Positions 9,770-20,293 are shown, counted from the stretch's first letter. The stretch is DNA of 64,000 bases from Promethearchaeota archaeon (GCA_019894975.1 JAGXNO010000002.1:32001-96000), one strand, 5' to 3'. The notes: a model not told the origin generated them from the letters alone. A program made the numbers and translations.

Positions 9770-11503
9770 TTATCCAAAAAGACCTTTATTTTTTTTATAT
9801 TGAGCCAAAAATCTCATTGGAGTAGGAGTTTCAAATGCAATTTCAACATCGATGACTGCTGGTTTTCTGGAGTCAATTGCTCTCTGTAGTGCAGGCTTTA
9901 TATCTTCAGGATTATCAATTTTTTCACTATAACATCCAAAACCCTTAGCGATTTCAGCATAATTAATCGAGGGAAAATCTACATCACAATATCTCTTTTT
10001 AAAACCTTTTTTTTGAGCACTTTTAATCATTCCCCAGGCACAATTATTAGCAATAACAATAATTATTGGTAAATTTAATCTTACTGCTGTTTCTAATTCC
10101 TGAACATTAAATAGAAAGCTTCCATCTCCAGATAAGCAAACAACAAGTTTATCTGGTTTTGCAATTTTGATAGCAACGGAATAAGGAATACCAGTACCTA
10201 AATGACCCATTGAATTTGGGAAAAATGTTGATCTAGGTGAGCGCGCTTTATGATTGATAAATTGATATGAAAAAACTACAATATCTCCTCCATCTAGAAC
10301 TATTTGGGCATCTTCAGGAATAAAGTCAAATAATTCATAGACAAGTCTTTCTGGTTTCATAGGTAATTTTTTTGATTCTAATATTTTTAGATTTGAGCTT
10401 AATTGATTTTTCCTTATTTCCTGTAAATAGGTATTCCATTCATTCCATTCTGTAATTTTACTTTTTGGAATATTTTGTTCCATTTCAACCAAGAGTTGGT
10501 GAATAACTGCTTTACAATCACCGATGATACCCACTTCAATTGGTCTATTTTTCCCAATCTCCTTTGGATCTATATCAATCTGAATTATTTTCTGCCCTTG
10601 ATTCCAGAGAGGTGGTGCGCCATAAAATATTGAATAATCCCATTTACATCCAAATGATACAACTACATCTGCTTCAGAAGCTGCTGTGCGATATGATGCA
10701 TTAATCAAATAAGAATCTAAAAATGTGTTTTTATCACTCCCGATTGATCCAATACCATTAATTGTGGTGCCTGAAGGGATTACATAAGTCTCAGAGAGTG
10801 CTATTAGTTCTTCTGAAGCCTCTGAGGCGGTTACTCCCCCTCCGGCAATTAATAACGGCTTTTTAGCAGTTTTTAAGATTTCAACTGCTCGTTTAATATC
10901 ATCTGATTCTCCGTTTGGTCTATTAAAAGGTCTGTATTTTTCAGGAGGTAAGATCTTTTTTTTATCCTCATCAGTGGCGTTTCTGACCAATGCTGTTTCC
11001 CTGAATTCAAGGTAAACAGGACCTCTTCTCCCAGATAAAGCAATTCTTATTGCTTTTTGAAGAGCTTTTGGGATTTCTTTAGGTTCTTCTACCTGTATTT
11101 GAGCTTTTGTTATTGGTTTCATTAAAGCAATTTGATCTATTCCTCCTTGTAAAATACCTGTATCTTCAAACATTCTACCTATCTGGGCACCGATAACTAA
11201 CAAGGGAATAGAATCAGCATTAGCAGTAGCTACGGCAGGTACAAGATGAGTTACTCCTGGACCAACAGTCCCTAAACAAACACCAATCTCTCCAGTTGCT
11301 CTAGCCCAAGCATCTGCCATATGACCTCCTGCTTGTTCATGTCTCACCATAACCGTATCAATACCTTGTTCTCGACCCCAACGTTCTATAGCATCATAAA
11401 TTTGCAGTAATTCACCACCAACTAAACCAAATATTTTAGTTACTCCTTCTTTTAAAAGGCATTTGACAGTTAAATCTCCACCACTTAATATTTGATCACT
11501 CAT
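9770..11503 (-). CDS. Thiamine-pyrophosphate enzyme (acetolactate synthase / 2-hydroxyacyl-CoA lyase-like)
   Basis: RHEQAGGHMADAWAR, GPG.TH, GPVY, TPP motif GDGS...NN..WG. Confidence 0.9.
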   Translation of the reverse strand: MSDQILSGGDLTVKCLLKEGVTKIFGLVGGELLQIYDAIERWGREQGIDTVMVRHEQAGGHMADAWARATGEIGVCLGTVGPGVTHLVPAVATANADSIPLLVIGAQIGRMFEDTGILQGGIDQIALMKPITKAQIQVEEPKEIPKALQKAIRIALSGRRGPVYLEFRETALVRNATDEDKKKILPPEKYRPFNRPNGESDDIKRAVEILKTAKKPLLIAGGGVTASEASEELIALSETYVIPSGTTINGIGSIGSDKNTFLDSYLINASYRTAASEADVVVSFGCKWDYSIFYGAPPLWNQGQKIIQIDIDPKEIGKNRPIEVGIIGDCKAVIHQLLVEMEQNIPKSKITEWNEWNTYLQEIRKNQLSSNLKILESKKLPMKPERLVYELFDFIPEDAQIVLDGGDIVVFSYQFINHKARSPRSTFFPNSMGHLGTGIPYSVAIKIAKPDKLVVCLSGDGSFLFNVQELETAVRLNLPIIIVIANNCAWGMIKSAQKKGFKKRYCDVDFPSINYAEIAKGFGCYSEKIDNPEDIKPALQRAIDSRKPAVIDVEIAFETPTPMRFLAQYKKNKGLFG

Positions 11504-11621
11504 AATTCCCTAAATTACATCTTAAAAATAAACTTTATTACAGGTCTAGTAGCTGAAAAATCATACTTATGAGATAAATGGGATTTACATGCTTAAATGA
11601 TTCTATATTCAAGATAATATA

Positions 11622-12920
11622 TTATTTTACAGATTCAGCAAATTTTAATTTACTAATATGTTTTTTTATAGGAAATTCCCCACTAAGAATCATGGATTTC
11701 AGTTGTTCGGCAAGTTGAATTGCTCCATGTCGATCAGATTGTCTCAATACTACGGGAATTTCACTCTCCTCGAATTTAATCTGTTTCATGTCTAGCTCAA
11801 AGGCTTCCGGACACAAACGAGCACAATTTCCACAATTAAAGCAGCGTGATCGGTTTATCATAGAGATAATTCCGTCTTTTATGATAAATGCGTTTGTTGG
11901 GCATTTATCAATAACATCACATTTTTCACATCTTTTACATACCTCAGCATTAAACTTCATTCGGAAATTATTATCCCAAACATCCCCATATGTAATTTCT
12001 CCAACCTTTTCTCTCCCTACAAGACTTAAAATATTCAATTTAACATCCTTATCAGATTTTACAAGGTTATTAAAGATCTTTTCATTCAATATAAGGATTG
12101 GAATGGCCAAACTGCAAATTGGTTCTAAACTATATGAGGTTTTAAAAGCCCCCATAAATTCAGGTTTCATACCTGAAAGTGGTGAAATTGTCATCATATT
12201 AGGTTTAGCAATATAATTTCGAGTTCCAGGGCCCATTAAATACCCAATATTTCCATTAACCAAAACTGGTGAACCAACTCCAAAAGATTCAAACTCAGGA
12301 TCGTTTTGGAAAGGATTCAATGCCCCACAGCCAGCAAATGTAATTTCTGACTTATTAGGTTCAAAAGGGAGACAAGAAAAGATAGTATCTACACTATATG
12401 ATTCACAATTAATCATAGCATTGTAATTTTTGATTGCTTGTCTAGTCCCCATTAACTTGGCAAATTGCATATCTTCTAAAACTAAATTCTTTTTTACAAT
12501 TTCACCTTCAGAACTCTTCGCTATTATTTCTACTGATTTTCCTTCGACAATGTCTCTGAACAGGGATCCTCCACAATAATTTTCTATTGTTTTACTTTGT
12601 GCAGTACCATAAACGATTAGATCAGCTATGCCTAAATATTCATTTGGACAAGGTCCCGGAAATGATGGTATACCATTTATAGTAATTTCTATAAATTTGC
12701 GTAAAGTTTTAGGTGGTGATAGCCGGAATGAAAATATTCCCATAATCCCACTCATTAACCCTTTAGTAGCAGTGGTAACAATATCAATATCCTCAAATTT
12801 GATTACTTCATCATCAAGGATTTGATTTATTAATTCCTGAACCGTTAATACAACGGCAGTACCCTCTTCAATTTTCTTTCTTATATCTGAGAGTTTTCTT
12901 GTTTTAATAGTAAATATCAC
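11622..12920 (-). CDS. DUF39 plus ferredoxin protein (methanogenesis marker 16 / homocysteine-biosynthesis sulfurtransferase family)
   Basis: DIVTTAT, GPCPNE.LG, GCG.LNPFQNDP, two CxxCxxCxxxCP 4Fe-4S motifs, RQSDR. Confidence 0.8.
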   Translation of the reverse strand: MIFTIKTRKLSDIRKKIEEGTAVVLTVQELINQILDDEVIKFEDIDIVTTATKGLMSGIMGIFSFRLSPPKTLRKFIEITINGIPSFPGPCPNEYLGIADLIVYGTAQSKTIENYCGGSLFRDIVEGKSVEIIAKSSEGEIVKKNLVLEDMQFAKLMGTRQAIKNYNAMINCESYSVDTIFSCLPFEPNKSEITFAGCGALNPFQNDPEFESFGVGSPVLVNGNIGYLMGPGTRNYIAKPNMMTISPLSGMKPEFMGAFKTSYSLEPICSLAIPILILNEKIFNNLVKSDKDVKLNILSLVGREKVGEITYGDVWDNNFRMKFNAEVCKRCEKCDVIDKCPTNAFIIKDGIISMINRSRCFNCGNCARLCPEAFELDMKQIKFEESEIPVVLRQSDRHGAIQLAEQLKSMILSGEFPIKKHISKLKFAESVK

Positions 12921-13010
12921 CCTTTTTTTTCAAAAAATCAACATTTTAAATCTTTATTTTATAATAAAATTTTTTTAATTTTAAAAATCCTTAATTAATT
13001 ATATAATTTA

Positions 13011-13712
13011 ATGCAATTTTTAGAGGTCAAAAACTTATTGTCATATTTTGAATCAAGATTACCTGTGGATTTCAAAGATTTAAAAGAAATTAAAACGAAA
13101 ATTAAAATATGTGAAGGGCTAGGTATAAAAAACATCATTTTAGAACCAATAAATGGATTAGAAAAAATTTCTTTTGATATAAAAGAAAAGATTCAAAGTG
13201 AATCACAAATTAATATTTTCTTTCGAATAAATTTAAGATTAGGAACTATTGAGGAATTTAGACAAATTATTAGAAAATATAATAATTTTCAGGATATTCT
13301 TTCCATAGAATCCTTAAATAAGGAAGTCCAATTGCATTCTGCTAAAGATTCAAGAGTAGACTTAGTTTCATTTTCTGATCCAGAGATACTACAAACCCTT
13401 ACAACCGGCGTAATTTCATTAACTAAACAAAATAATTCTTTTATAGAATTTTCACTCGCACCACTTATGGTAAGCAATAAAACTAATCAATCTAAAAATT
13501 TTAGGAAATTATATAAAAACATACAATTGGCTCTAAAATTAAAAGCAAATTATATAATAAGTGGGAATTTTAAGAATATTTTTGATTATCGACATCCAAG
13601 AGCTTTAATAAGTGTATGTCATTCGCTTTTAGGTATCCCAATGAGTATCGCAAAAGAAGTATATACAAAAAATCCCCAATTACTAGTGGGAAAATCTAAA
13701 AAATTTAGTTAA
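13011..13712 (+). CDS. Ribonuclease P protein subunit Rpp30
   Basis: D.RVDL, IEF..APL, IISG.....FD.RHPR; directly upstream of a Pop5-like gene. Confidence 0.85.
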   Translation: MQFLEVKNLLSYFESRLPVDFKDLKEIKTKIKICEGLGIKNIILEPINGLEKISFDIKEKIQSESQINIFFRINLRLGTIEEFRQIIRKYNNFQDILSIESLNKEVQLHSAKDSRVDLVSFSDPEILQTLTTGVISLTKQNNSFIEFSLAPLMVSNKTNQSKNFRKLYKNIQLALKLKANYIISGNFKNIFDYRHPRALISVCHSLLGIPMSIAKEVYTKNPQLLVGKSKKFS

Positions 13713-13726
13713 AGAGGAGAATTACT

Positions 13727-14056
13727 ATCGTTAAAATAGGAAGACAAAGATATATTGTTTTTAAAATAATAAAGGAATCAGAACTTTTTCTCGATCAAAA
13801 TATTATTCTAAAGTCAGTCTGGCAATCAATATGGAGATATTTTGGCATGAAAGAAGCGAATAAAATAGGTTTATGGTTGATAGAACTGAATTTAACAGAA
13901 GAATATGGAATTATTAGATTTTCTCATGATACTAAAGAAGTTATTATTACGGCTTTAACGCTTGTACAAGAAATTAATGGAAAAAGAGTGATATTATCAC
14001 CAATAAAGACTTCCGGTACAATAAATACTTTAAAAAAAAAGATGGCTATAAAATAA
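13727..14056 (+). CDS. Ribonuclease P protein subunit Pop5/Rpp14; start extended to ATC at 13727
   Basis: RQRYIVF N-terminal motif lies in frame upstream of the ORF-track ATG (13847); C-terminal KTSGTI; GAGGAG Shine-Dalgarno at 13714-13719. Confidence 0.8.
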   Translation: MVKIGRQRYIVFKIIKESELFLDQNIILKSVWQSIWRYFGMKEANKIGLWLIELNLTEEYGIIRFSHDTKEVIITALTLVQEINGKRVILSPIKTSGTINTLKKKMAIK

Positions 14057-14102
14057 AAAACAATAAAGTAATAATTAACTAAAAATATCAATTTTATATA
14101 AA

Positions 14103-14549
14103 ATGGATAGTATAAACATAACTGACGCCTATATTCAACAATTAGAAGATTTTATGAATACAAATTTAGAGATTTCTCTCTCGAAATTTGAGAACCTAAA
14201 ATCATATGAAAATTTATTAGTTATTCAATCTGCTATTGAAAATTCAATTAAATTGTCAATTTATCCAATAAAGAAAGGAAAAGTAATTAAGATAAGCCTT
14301 TTTGGTTTAAAACTATCAAAAAAGATTTTAAAGGAAATATCCAAAATTCTTCAAAAATTTCAAGTTATTCATACTTCCGGATTTCTTAAAATAAAAAATC
14401 GCATTTATTTTGAGTGTTATTTGAACTTGAGTATATCTGAAAGTGAAAACAAGAGTTTAAAAGCTTCTTTGGACAAGATTAAAAATATATTTAAGGAAAT
14501 AAAAATAGAAGAAGTAAGAATTAAGAACAGTAAACTCGCTCAATTATGA
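14103..14549 (+). CDS. Hypothetical protein
   Basis: 148-aa ORF overlapping the next gene (ATGA); IHTSG motif. Confidence 0.6.
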   Translation: MDSINITDAYIQQLEDFMNTNLEISLSKFENLKSYENLLVIQSAIENSIKLSIYPIKKGKVIKISLFGLKLSKKILKEISKILQKFQVIHTSGFLKIKNRIYFECYLNLSISESENKSLKASLDKIKNIFKEIKIEEVRIKNSKLAQL

Positions 14550-15004
14550 ACCCATGGATTGTATATTTAAAATTTTCAGATGGAACTGATAAGAAATTAG
14601 AATTATTTGATACCAAAGTATATTTTGAAGGATATTTAAAAATAAAAAGGAGTTTTTTTAATGCTCTTGGCAAGTCAATAAAGATATCTAAGAAATATTT
14701 TACACAAAACGCGATAGAAAAAGTCTTAAGCCCAGAGGAGAGTGATTGGACTTTAAATCCCTGGATGTTGATAACTGTTAAAGACAATGAAAAAAAAAAG
14801 CCCTTTTGGTTTTTTATAAAAAGAGAAAAAGATTTGTCTGGAGTACTTGTAGCAATTGGCCCAAAACCATTTGCGGAGTATAATAATAATAATCAATCTG
14901 AAGCTAAACGAGAAATCAAGAATATATTAAACTATATAAACTCCTATATGAATAAATTCAATTGTATAGTCTTTCTACCTAAATTTTTAACTAAGTTAAC
15001 CTGA
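14546..15004 (+). CDS. Hypothetical protein
   Basis: 152-aa ORF with internal NPW repeat. Confidence 0.6.
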   Translation: MNPWIVYLKFSDGTDKKLELFDTKVYFEGYLKIKRSFFNALGKSIKISKKYFTQNAIEKVLSPEESDWTLNPWMLITVKDNEKKKPFWFFIKREKDLSGVLVAIGPKPFAEYNNNNQSEAKREIKNILNYINSYMNKFNCIVFLPKFLTKLT

Positions 15005-15171
15005 ATAGAGAGAAGGTAAGATAAATTATTTTTATTTGAATTTTTATTCTTATCAATATTGATTAAATATTGAATGATGTTAGGAAAAATATTAAATTTA
15101 ATTTTAATTATCAATTTTAATATTCAATTAACTAATAAAATAAAAATTTATAGAAAAACGGCTTTTTTAAT

Positions 15172-15972
15172 TTGAGGAAACTTGTATTTTATACGATATT
15201 TTGGATTTTACTGGTAAATATTTCCATAGTCTCATCTTTTTATATCATTAGTGGGCATGGTGCTGCAGAGGAGATTAATCCGGATTTTGGAAATGCCCCT
15301 ATAATAGATGGAAATATAGATGATTCAACAAATGAATGGAAGGAAGCTGTAAAAATTGAGATTCAATTAATAGATTTGTCAATAGATTTGTGGGTGATGC
15401 AAACCAATCGTGAACTTTTTATATCAATACAACTAGACCTACAGTCTGGTTATCACAATACAACTGAGTTTTTTGGGTTATTACTATCTACAAATTCTTC
15501 GGAGAATATAGAGGATTTTATCGATGCGAAATTTATACAGTTTACGAATATAAGTGCTAACAGTTTTGTCTATCTTGATTATTACATTAATAATAGCTTG
15601 TTTTTAAATGATACAAGATATGATGGAGATGGTGCGGCGAAATTAGAAGGGGATATATCCACTTATGAATTTTCTATTCCAATTGGACAAACAGACATAA
15701 ATGGTGAAAATGAGGATTCAATATTCGATTATGAAGAGAGCTATGCCCTTAACGTAACCTATGGAGATAATCCTGCTTATCCTCAAGGTATTAAAAAAAG
15801 CGAAATCGTGCTTATTAATATTAATGCACCAGGTGAAAAAAAAATTATAATAACTTCACTAGTGCTTATAGTCTTGTCAATAATTGTATACAGTAGCATT
15901 GCGGTTTTATTTGGATTCTATATTTATAAAATGGTCAAATTGAAAGAAAAAATTAAAAGATTAAGAAGTTAA
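15172..15972 (+). CDS. Secreted, C-terminally anchored protein (CBM9/DOMON-like)
   Basis: Signal peptide, APIIDG.ID...EW, YEFSIP, C-terminal TM helix plus basic tail. Confidence 0.65.
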   Translation: MRKLVFYTIFWILLVNISIVSSFYIISGHGAAEEINPDFGNAPIIDGNIDDSTNEWKEAVKIEIQLIDLSIDLWVMQTNRELFISIQLDLQSGYHNTTEFFGLLLSTNSSENIEDFIDAKFIQFTNISANSFVYLDYYINNSLFLNDTRYDGDGAAKLEGDISTYEFSIPIGQTDINGENEDSIFDYEESYALNVTYGDNPAYPQGIKKSEIVLININAPGEKKIIITSLVLIVLSIIVYSSIAVLFGFYIYKMVKLKEKIKRLRS

Positions 15973-15973
15973 A

Positions 15974-16390
15974 ATGTCAAAAGTACCCAAAGATCAAATA
16001 AAAGAGCAAAAGTCAAAGATCAGAAGAAGGTCTGATGATAAATTTGCCTACCGAACAACTATAATTTCCTGTATCCTCGGTATAATTTTCTATGTAATTT
16101 CATTCATTTTTAATGCAGATTTAATACCCTTATTTACAGAAAATAATATTTTATTTAACCTCCTAGATATTGTGATAAAAATTATTGCGATTCTCCTATT
16201 TTTTCTATTCATGATGATAAGCATAGGAAATTATAAGGAATTAACGGGTAACCCACTAGGTTGGAAGGAACTATTACTATTATTCGTTCTATCTTTAGGT
16301 CAAACGCTATTAAATCTTTTAGTGTTTTCACTTACTTTAATTGGCCTGTTAATTATTGTGATTTATTTTTATTTAGTCCAGGAACCATAA
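15974..16390 (+). CDS. Membrane protein
   Basis: Three to four hydrophobic helices. Confidence 0.7.
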   Translation: MSKVPKDQIKEQKSKIRRRSDDKFAYRTTIISCILGIIFYVISFIFNADLIPLFTENNILFNLLDIVIKIIAILLFFLFMMISIGNYKELTGNPLGWKELLLLFVLSLGQTLLNLLVFSLTLIGLLIIVIYFYLVQEP

Positions 16391-16403
16391 AAAATAAGAA
16401 ATA

Positions 16404-17147
16404 ATGATTTCTAACTTTCTATTTATAGGACACAGAGGTACTAGAATCAATGTTGATGAAAATACAATTTTAGCTTTCAGTAAAGCATTAGAATATGGTG
16501 CAAATTGCGTTGAACTTGATGTTCGCAAAACAAAAGATGGAAAACTAGTTGTATTACACGACTCAGCCATAGACAGAACCACAAATGGATCTGGATTATT
16601 AAATGATTATACTCTTACAGAAATTCGTAAATTCAAAACAAAAATCCAACACTCTGAAATCCCCTTGCTAACAGAAGTCTTAGATGCTTTAAAAGGAAAG
16701 ATTAAATTTATGATTGATTTAAAAGAAACAAACTTACTTGAAGATCTCTCCAAATTTATAAGAAAAAATGATATTTTAGAAGAATGCATTATTAGTGGAA
16801 GAATCTTAACAGACCTGTTAGAATTTAAAAGGATTTATCCCCAAAGTAAAATCTGTTACAACATTACTAAAGGTCAAGGATTATCTTTTAATAATTTCAT
16901 GAATTTAGGTACGAATGAAATAATTAGATTAAATTTTGACTTAATAAGCCTGCATTCAAGCTCAGTATCACAAGAATTTATTGAGTTATGTCATAAAAAT
17001 GATATTAAGTCCTTATCATGGGATTTTCTCAATTACGATAACCCATTGCAAAAAATACAATCTATGATTAATCTAGGTATCGATGGTATTCTATTTGATA
17101 ATCACAATTATATCCCCCAAATAAAAAGGTGGCGAAATCGACTTTAA
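16404..17147 (+). CDS. Glycerophosphodiester phosphodiesterase
   Basis: GHRG, ENT, ELDV..TKDG..VVLHD, DRTTNG, GIDGI. Confidence 0.92.
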   Translation: MISNFLFIGHRGTRINVDENTILAFSKALEYGANCVELDVRKTKDGKLVVLHDSAIDRTTNGSGLLNDYTLTEIRKFKTKIQHSEIPLLTEVLDALKGKIKFMIDLKETNLLEDLSKFIRKNDILEECIISGRILTDLLEFKRIYPQSKICYNITKGQGLSFNNFMNLGTNEIIRLNFDLISLHSSSVSQEFIELCHKNDIKSLSWDFLNYDNPLQKIQSMINLGIDGILFDNHNYIPQIKRWRNRL

Positions 17148-17149
17148 CC

Positions 17150-19201
17150 TTAAGATTTTACCATAGAGGAACCAGTAGGAAGAAATAAAATTATATCATC
17201 TATAGATAAGATTTCTACCCATTTCTTTAGATCTTTTTCTACATTTTTAAGATAGAATGATTTAATTTCTTTAGCTATTCTTCCTGCTGTTAAATTACTC
17301 GATTTAGATGGTATGAGTGTAACTGTAACATTTGTCTGCTTTTTGATAGCTACTTCAGGACCTCCAATAATTTTAGGGTATAAAATATCCCTTTCAGTGC
17401 TTGATCCTCCATTTAATTCGGCAAATATTAAACCAATGGTTATTTCGGTTTTTACATTTTTTATAAGATTCTTCTTTCCTGAGATTATAAACGATCCTTT
17501 TTGTAAGTATTCTCCTGAGGGGGGTGTTTTACTTAGTTGAGTTGGTTCTACATAGAATATATCCACAACACCCCAGTTCTCTTTCCAAGCTCGTGAATAA
17601 CTAGCAACAAACTCTGCAGCTTCATTAATTGTTTCAGGTGTAATTTCCTTATTATTTGGATTTTTAATCACTACAAAAGGTGAACCTGGAAAGCTTGTAT
17701 GAAACACTAAATCATTTCCGTCCAAATGCTTTTTGAAGATTATTTCATTTGAAGTGGCATCTCTTCCACCAATAATTAAAAAACCATCAGATGAATTAAA
17801 CCATCTGAATTTTTCATACCACTTTTTCTTGGGTTTTTTGATTAGGAAATCAATTCCAAGGTCAATAGAATCTTTTTTAAGTATTAATTTTTCAATCTTT
17901 TGTTTTGTTTCATTCATCGCAATAACCGTACCCTTAATCTTCTTTTCAGCTTTTTTTCCTTTCGAATAAATCGAATTTGCGTTTTCTCCAAGACTTTTCC
18001 TTAAATCTAAATAAACTTCATTTTCATTGACTCTTATTAAAAGCTGGTTCATTGCGGGTAAAACTTTTTCAAAAAATTCTGCTCCATCCAACCCTTGAAT
18101 TTTTGCTTGTTGTAATTTTTCATTGATTTCTTCCCAATTAAATCCCTTTTTTCTTGCGTTAAATACAACTGATAAAAGTTTTTCAAGACTATTGAAATTA
18201 GCATAGAGAAAATCTCCTATAGTATAATACTTTTTCTTTTTCATTTTCAGCTCCTTAAGGTACTCCTGTTGATTTTCCAAAATTTTCTCTTGATTTTCAA
18301 TTTGTTTAATTACTGCTTGATCTTTTGGAGTTTTAATAGCGTTATAGTCAATCTTTGAATAAAAATCATCAACGGCAGCATTGAAAGTAGGGAATCTTAT
18401 CTTCTCAAAGTCTTTATAAATTTCAGTTTCGAAGGGTAAAACAGTAACTTCATTCCCTTGTTCGTCACTAATAATATGTGCATCAATTGATCCAAATAAA
18501 AGCTGATTCCTTAATCCCTTAAATGAATCAAATAAGGCGTTAAAATCTTCTTCACTCAAGTTTTCTCCTAGAATTTTTTTATCAATCCTTGCTCTGTAAC
18601 ATATTTCTTCACTATATAAACCAGAAACTCTCAATTTTCTGGAAATATCTCTCACAATTTCATTATCAGAAGCTTCAAAAAGAGCCACAAAATCCTTCTT
18701 ATTTATTGAGAAAAAATCCTTTTGTTGAGAAATAGGAAAAGAGTATTCTTTTTTTGCTAGAATTGTTCTATCCTTAAATTTCCGGTATTTTTTTGCAATT
18801 ATTATAATATCATTTTGGTCTAAAAGTAGAAAATTCCCCTTATTAAACAACTCAATCACAAATGTCCAAGAACCCTCTTCTCTATCTGTTAATTCAATTA
18901 AAATTATTCTATCGAATTTGTATTGGGTGACACTTAATACTTTTCTATTTTTTAGAAACTTTCTTAATGTTCTAATATATTGACGGGGATATGCGGGAAT
19001 AGGATAATCATATTCTGTTATGTTAATTCGAGAATCTTTTTTAATGATTAAATTTTGTTTCCCTGAAGGCGTATTTATTTTTAAAATTAACAAATCATGG
19101 ACTTCGTAAATGTTAGATATTGTACCTTTTCTTAGGATCGTATCCAATTCTTTGACAATAGCGAATACATCAAAATTAGAGAATTCCTTAGTAATCTTCA
19201 T
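17150..19201 (-). CDS. rqcH: Ribosome quality-control factor RqcH/NEMF (NFACT family)
   Basis: LRK.L, FDRI, IELF..GN..L, WYEKFRWF.SSDG...GGRDA..NE, KTPPSGEYL.KGSF. Confidence 0.92.
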   Translation of the reverse strand: MKITKEFSNFDVFAIVKELDTILRKGTISNIYEVHDLLILKINTPSGKQNLIIKKDSRINITEYDYPIPAYPRQYIRTLRKFLKNRKVLSVTQYKFDRIILIELTDREEGSWTFVIELFNKGNFLLLDQNDIIIIAKKYRKFKDRTILAKKEYSFPISQQKDFFSINKKDFVALFEASDNEIVRDISRKLRVSGLYSEEICYRARIDKKILGENLSEEDFNALFDSFKGLRNQLLFGSIDAHIISDEQGNEVTVLPFETEIYKDFEKIRFPTFNAAVDDFYSKIDYNAIKTPKDQAVIKQIENQEKILENQQEYLKELKMKKKKYYTIGDFLYANFNSLEKLLSVVFNARKKGFNWEEINEKLQQAKIQGLDGAEFFEKVLPAMNQLLIRVNENEVYLDLRKSLGENANSIYSKGKKAEKKIKGTVIAMNETKQKIEKLILKKDSIDLGIDFLIKKPKKKWYEKFRWFNSSDGFLIIGGRDATSNEIIFKKHLDGNDLVFHTSFPGSPFVVIKNPNNKEITPETINEAAEFVASYSRAWKENWGVVDIFYVEPTQLSKTPPSGEYLQKGSFIISGKKNLIKNVKTEITIGLIFAELNGGSSTERDILYPKIIGGPEVAIKKQTNVTVTLIPSKSSNLTAGRIAKEIKSFYLKNVEKDLKKWVEILSIDDIILFLPTGSSMVKS

Positions 19202-19275
19202 AATAGTTTGTCTATTTTTTAGTCTATCAAGTTATATAATTATTTTTATAGTAAATAATATTTATATTAATAATT

Positions 19276-19716
19276 ATGGGAAAACGCAAGAAGGTAGACA
19301 TTAAAAAAAGAAGGCAAAAGTTAATTAAGGAGAAAAAGAAAGAACAGCAAAAAAAATCAGTTAAAGTAGAAAAGAAGTCAACTAAAGAATTAGATATTCG
19401 ATTAGAAAAAGAAACTAAACTATATTGGATACGTGCTATAACTGGTTTCTCAAGTGCGATTATCGGAAGATTATTATTTGGATTAATTGGATGGTTCTTA
19501 TTTTTATGGATGTTAACTTGGTGGTTCGTCTTCCCTTTTGTCGTGAACTTTTTTATTTTTAAGTATGATTTTGTTAAAGAAGAATGGACATGGAAAAATG
19601 TTATTTTACCAGGAATCGGTATATTTTTCTTCTTGTTTATGATCGGAGGTGTTTTTCTTCACACACTTCTCTTTTTTATTCCTGATTTTTCCTCAATTCT
19701 TGAAGTTTTTCTTTAA
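19276..19716 (+). CDS. EMC6/RAB5IF-like three-TM membrane protein
   Basis: LYWIR...G....G..GW...G...F.LFM...HT pattern typical of the Rab5ip/EMC6 family. Confidence 0.6.
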   Translation: MGKRKKVDIKKRRQKLIKEKKKEQQKKSVKVEKKSTKELDIRLEKETKLYWIRAITGFSSAIIGRLLFGLIGWFLFLWMLTWWFVFPFVVNFFIFKYDFVKEEWTWKNVILPGIGIFFFLFMIGGVFLHTLLFFIPDFSSILEVFL

Positions 19717-19733
19717 ACATATTTCATTTTAAC

Positions 19734-20258
19734 TTACAATCGAATTCTTTGCTTCAGTATTTTTTCCTTTTTCTCCTTAGAAGTAAATACAATCTCTTCT
19801 AATTTATAAATCCGTTCACAATAGATACACTGTATCTTTAAAGGTTTTTCTTCAAGGACTGTGAATTCACTTGCTATTGGTTCTTTTTCTGAATTTGAAA
19901 TGCATGTTTGATTAACACAGAGGATCAGTTTTTTTATAATTTTTGGAAGTTTCACTTTCTTCTTTTCAATTACTTTAAAATTCTCAATTAGAGAGATATT
20001 TGCGTTTGGGGAAAGTATCGAAATTTGTTGCATTTGTGTCTCATTTAAAAAGACATTTTCAATTTTGATTATATCTTTTGTCTTATATTTTTTGGAAGAG
20101 ACATTAACACCAATTGTAATTAAATTTTTAGACTCATCAAGACCAGTAAGGTTAAGAATAGTTAGAGCATACCCAGCATCGATATGATCAATGACAGTTC
20201 CCTTTGAAATTTTATCGATTTTTAATTTTTCTTCCATCATTTTCATTAATAAAATCAC
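19734..20258 (-). CDS. pyrI: Aspartate carbamoyltransferase regulatory chain (likely start ATG at 20246)
   Basis: GTVIDHI, KDIIKIE, C.N..CISN..EP, C.YCE. Confidence 0.93.
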   Translation of the reverse strand: MILLMKMMEEKLKIDKISKGTVIDHIDAGYALTILNLTGLDESKNLITIGVNVSSKKYKTKDIIKIENVFLNETQMQQISILSPNANISLIENFKVIEKKKVKLPKIIKKLILCVNQTCISNSEKEPIASEFTVLEEKPLKIQCIYCERIYKLEEIVFTSKEKKEKILKQRIRL

Positions 20259-20293
20259 CTTAATTGAAAAAAGTTTTGATATATTTCATCTAT

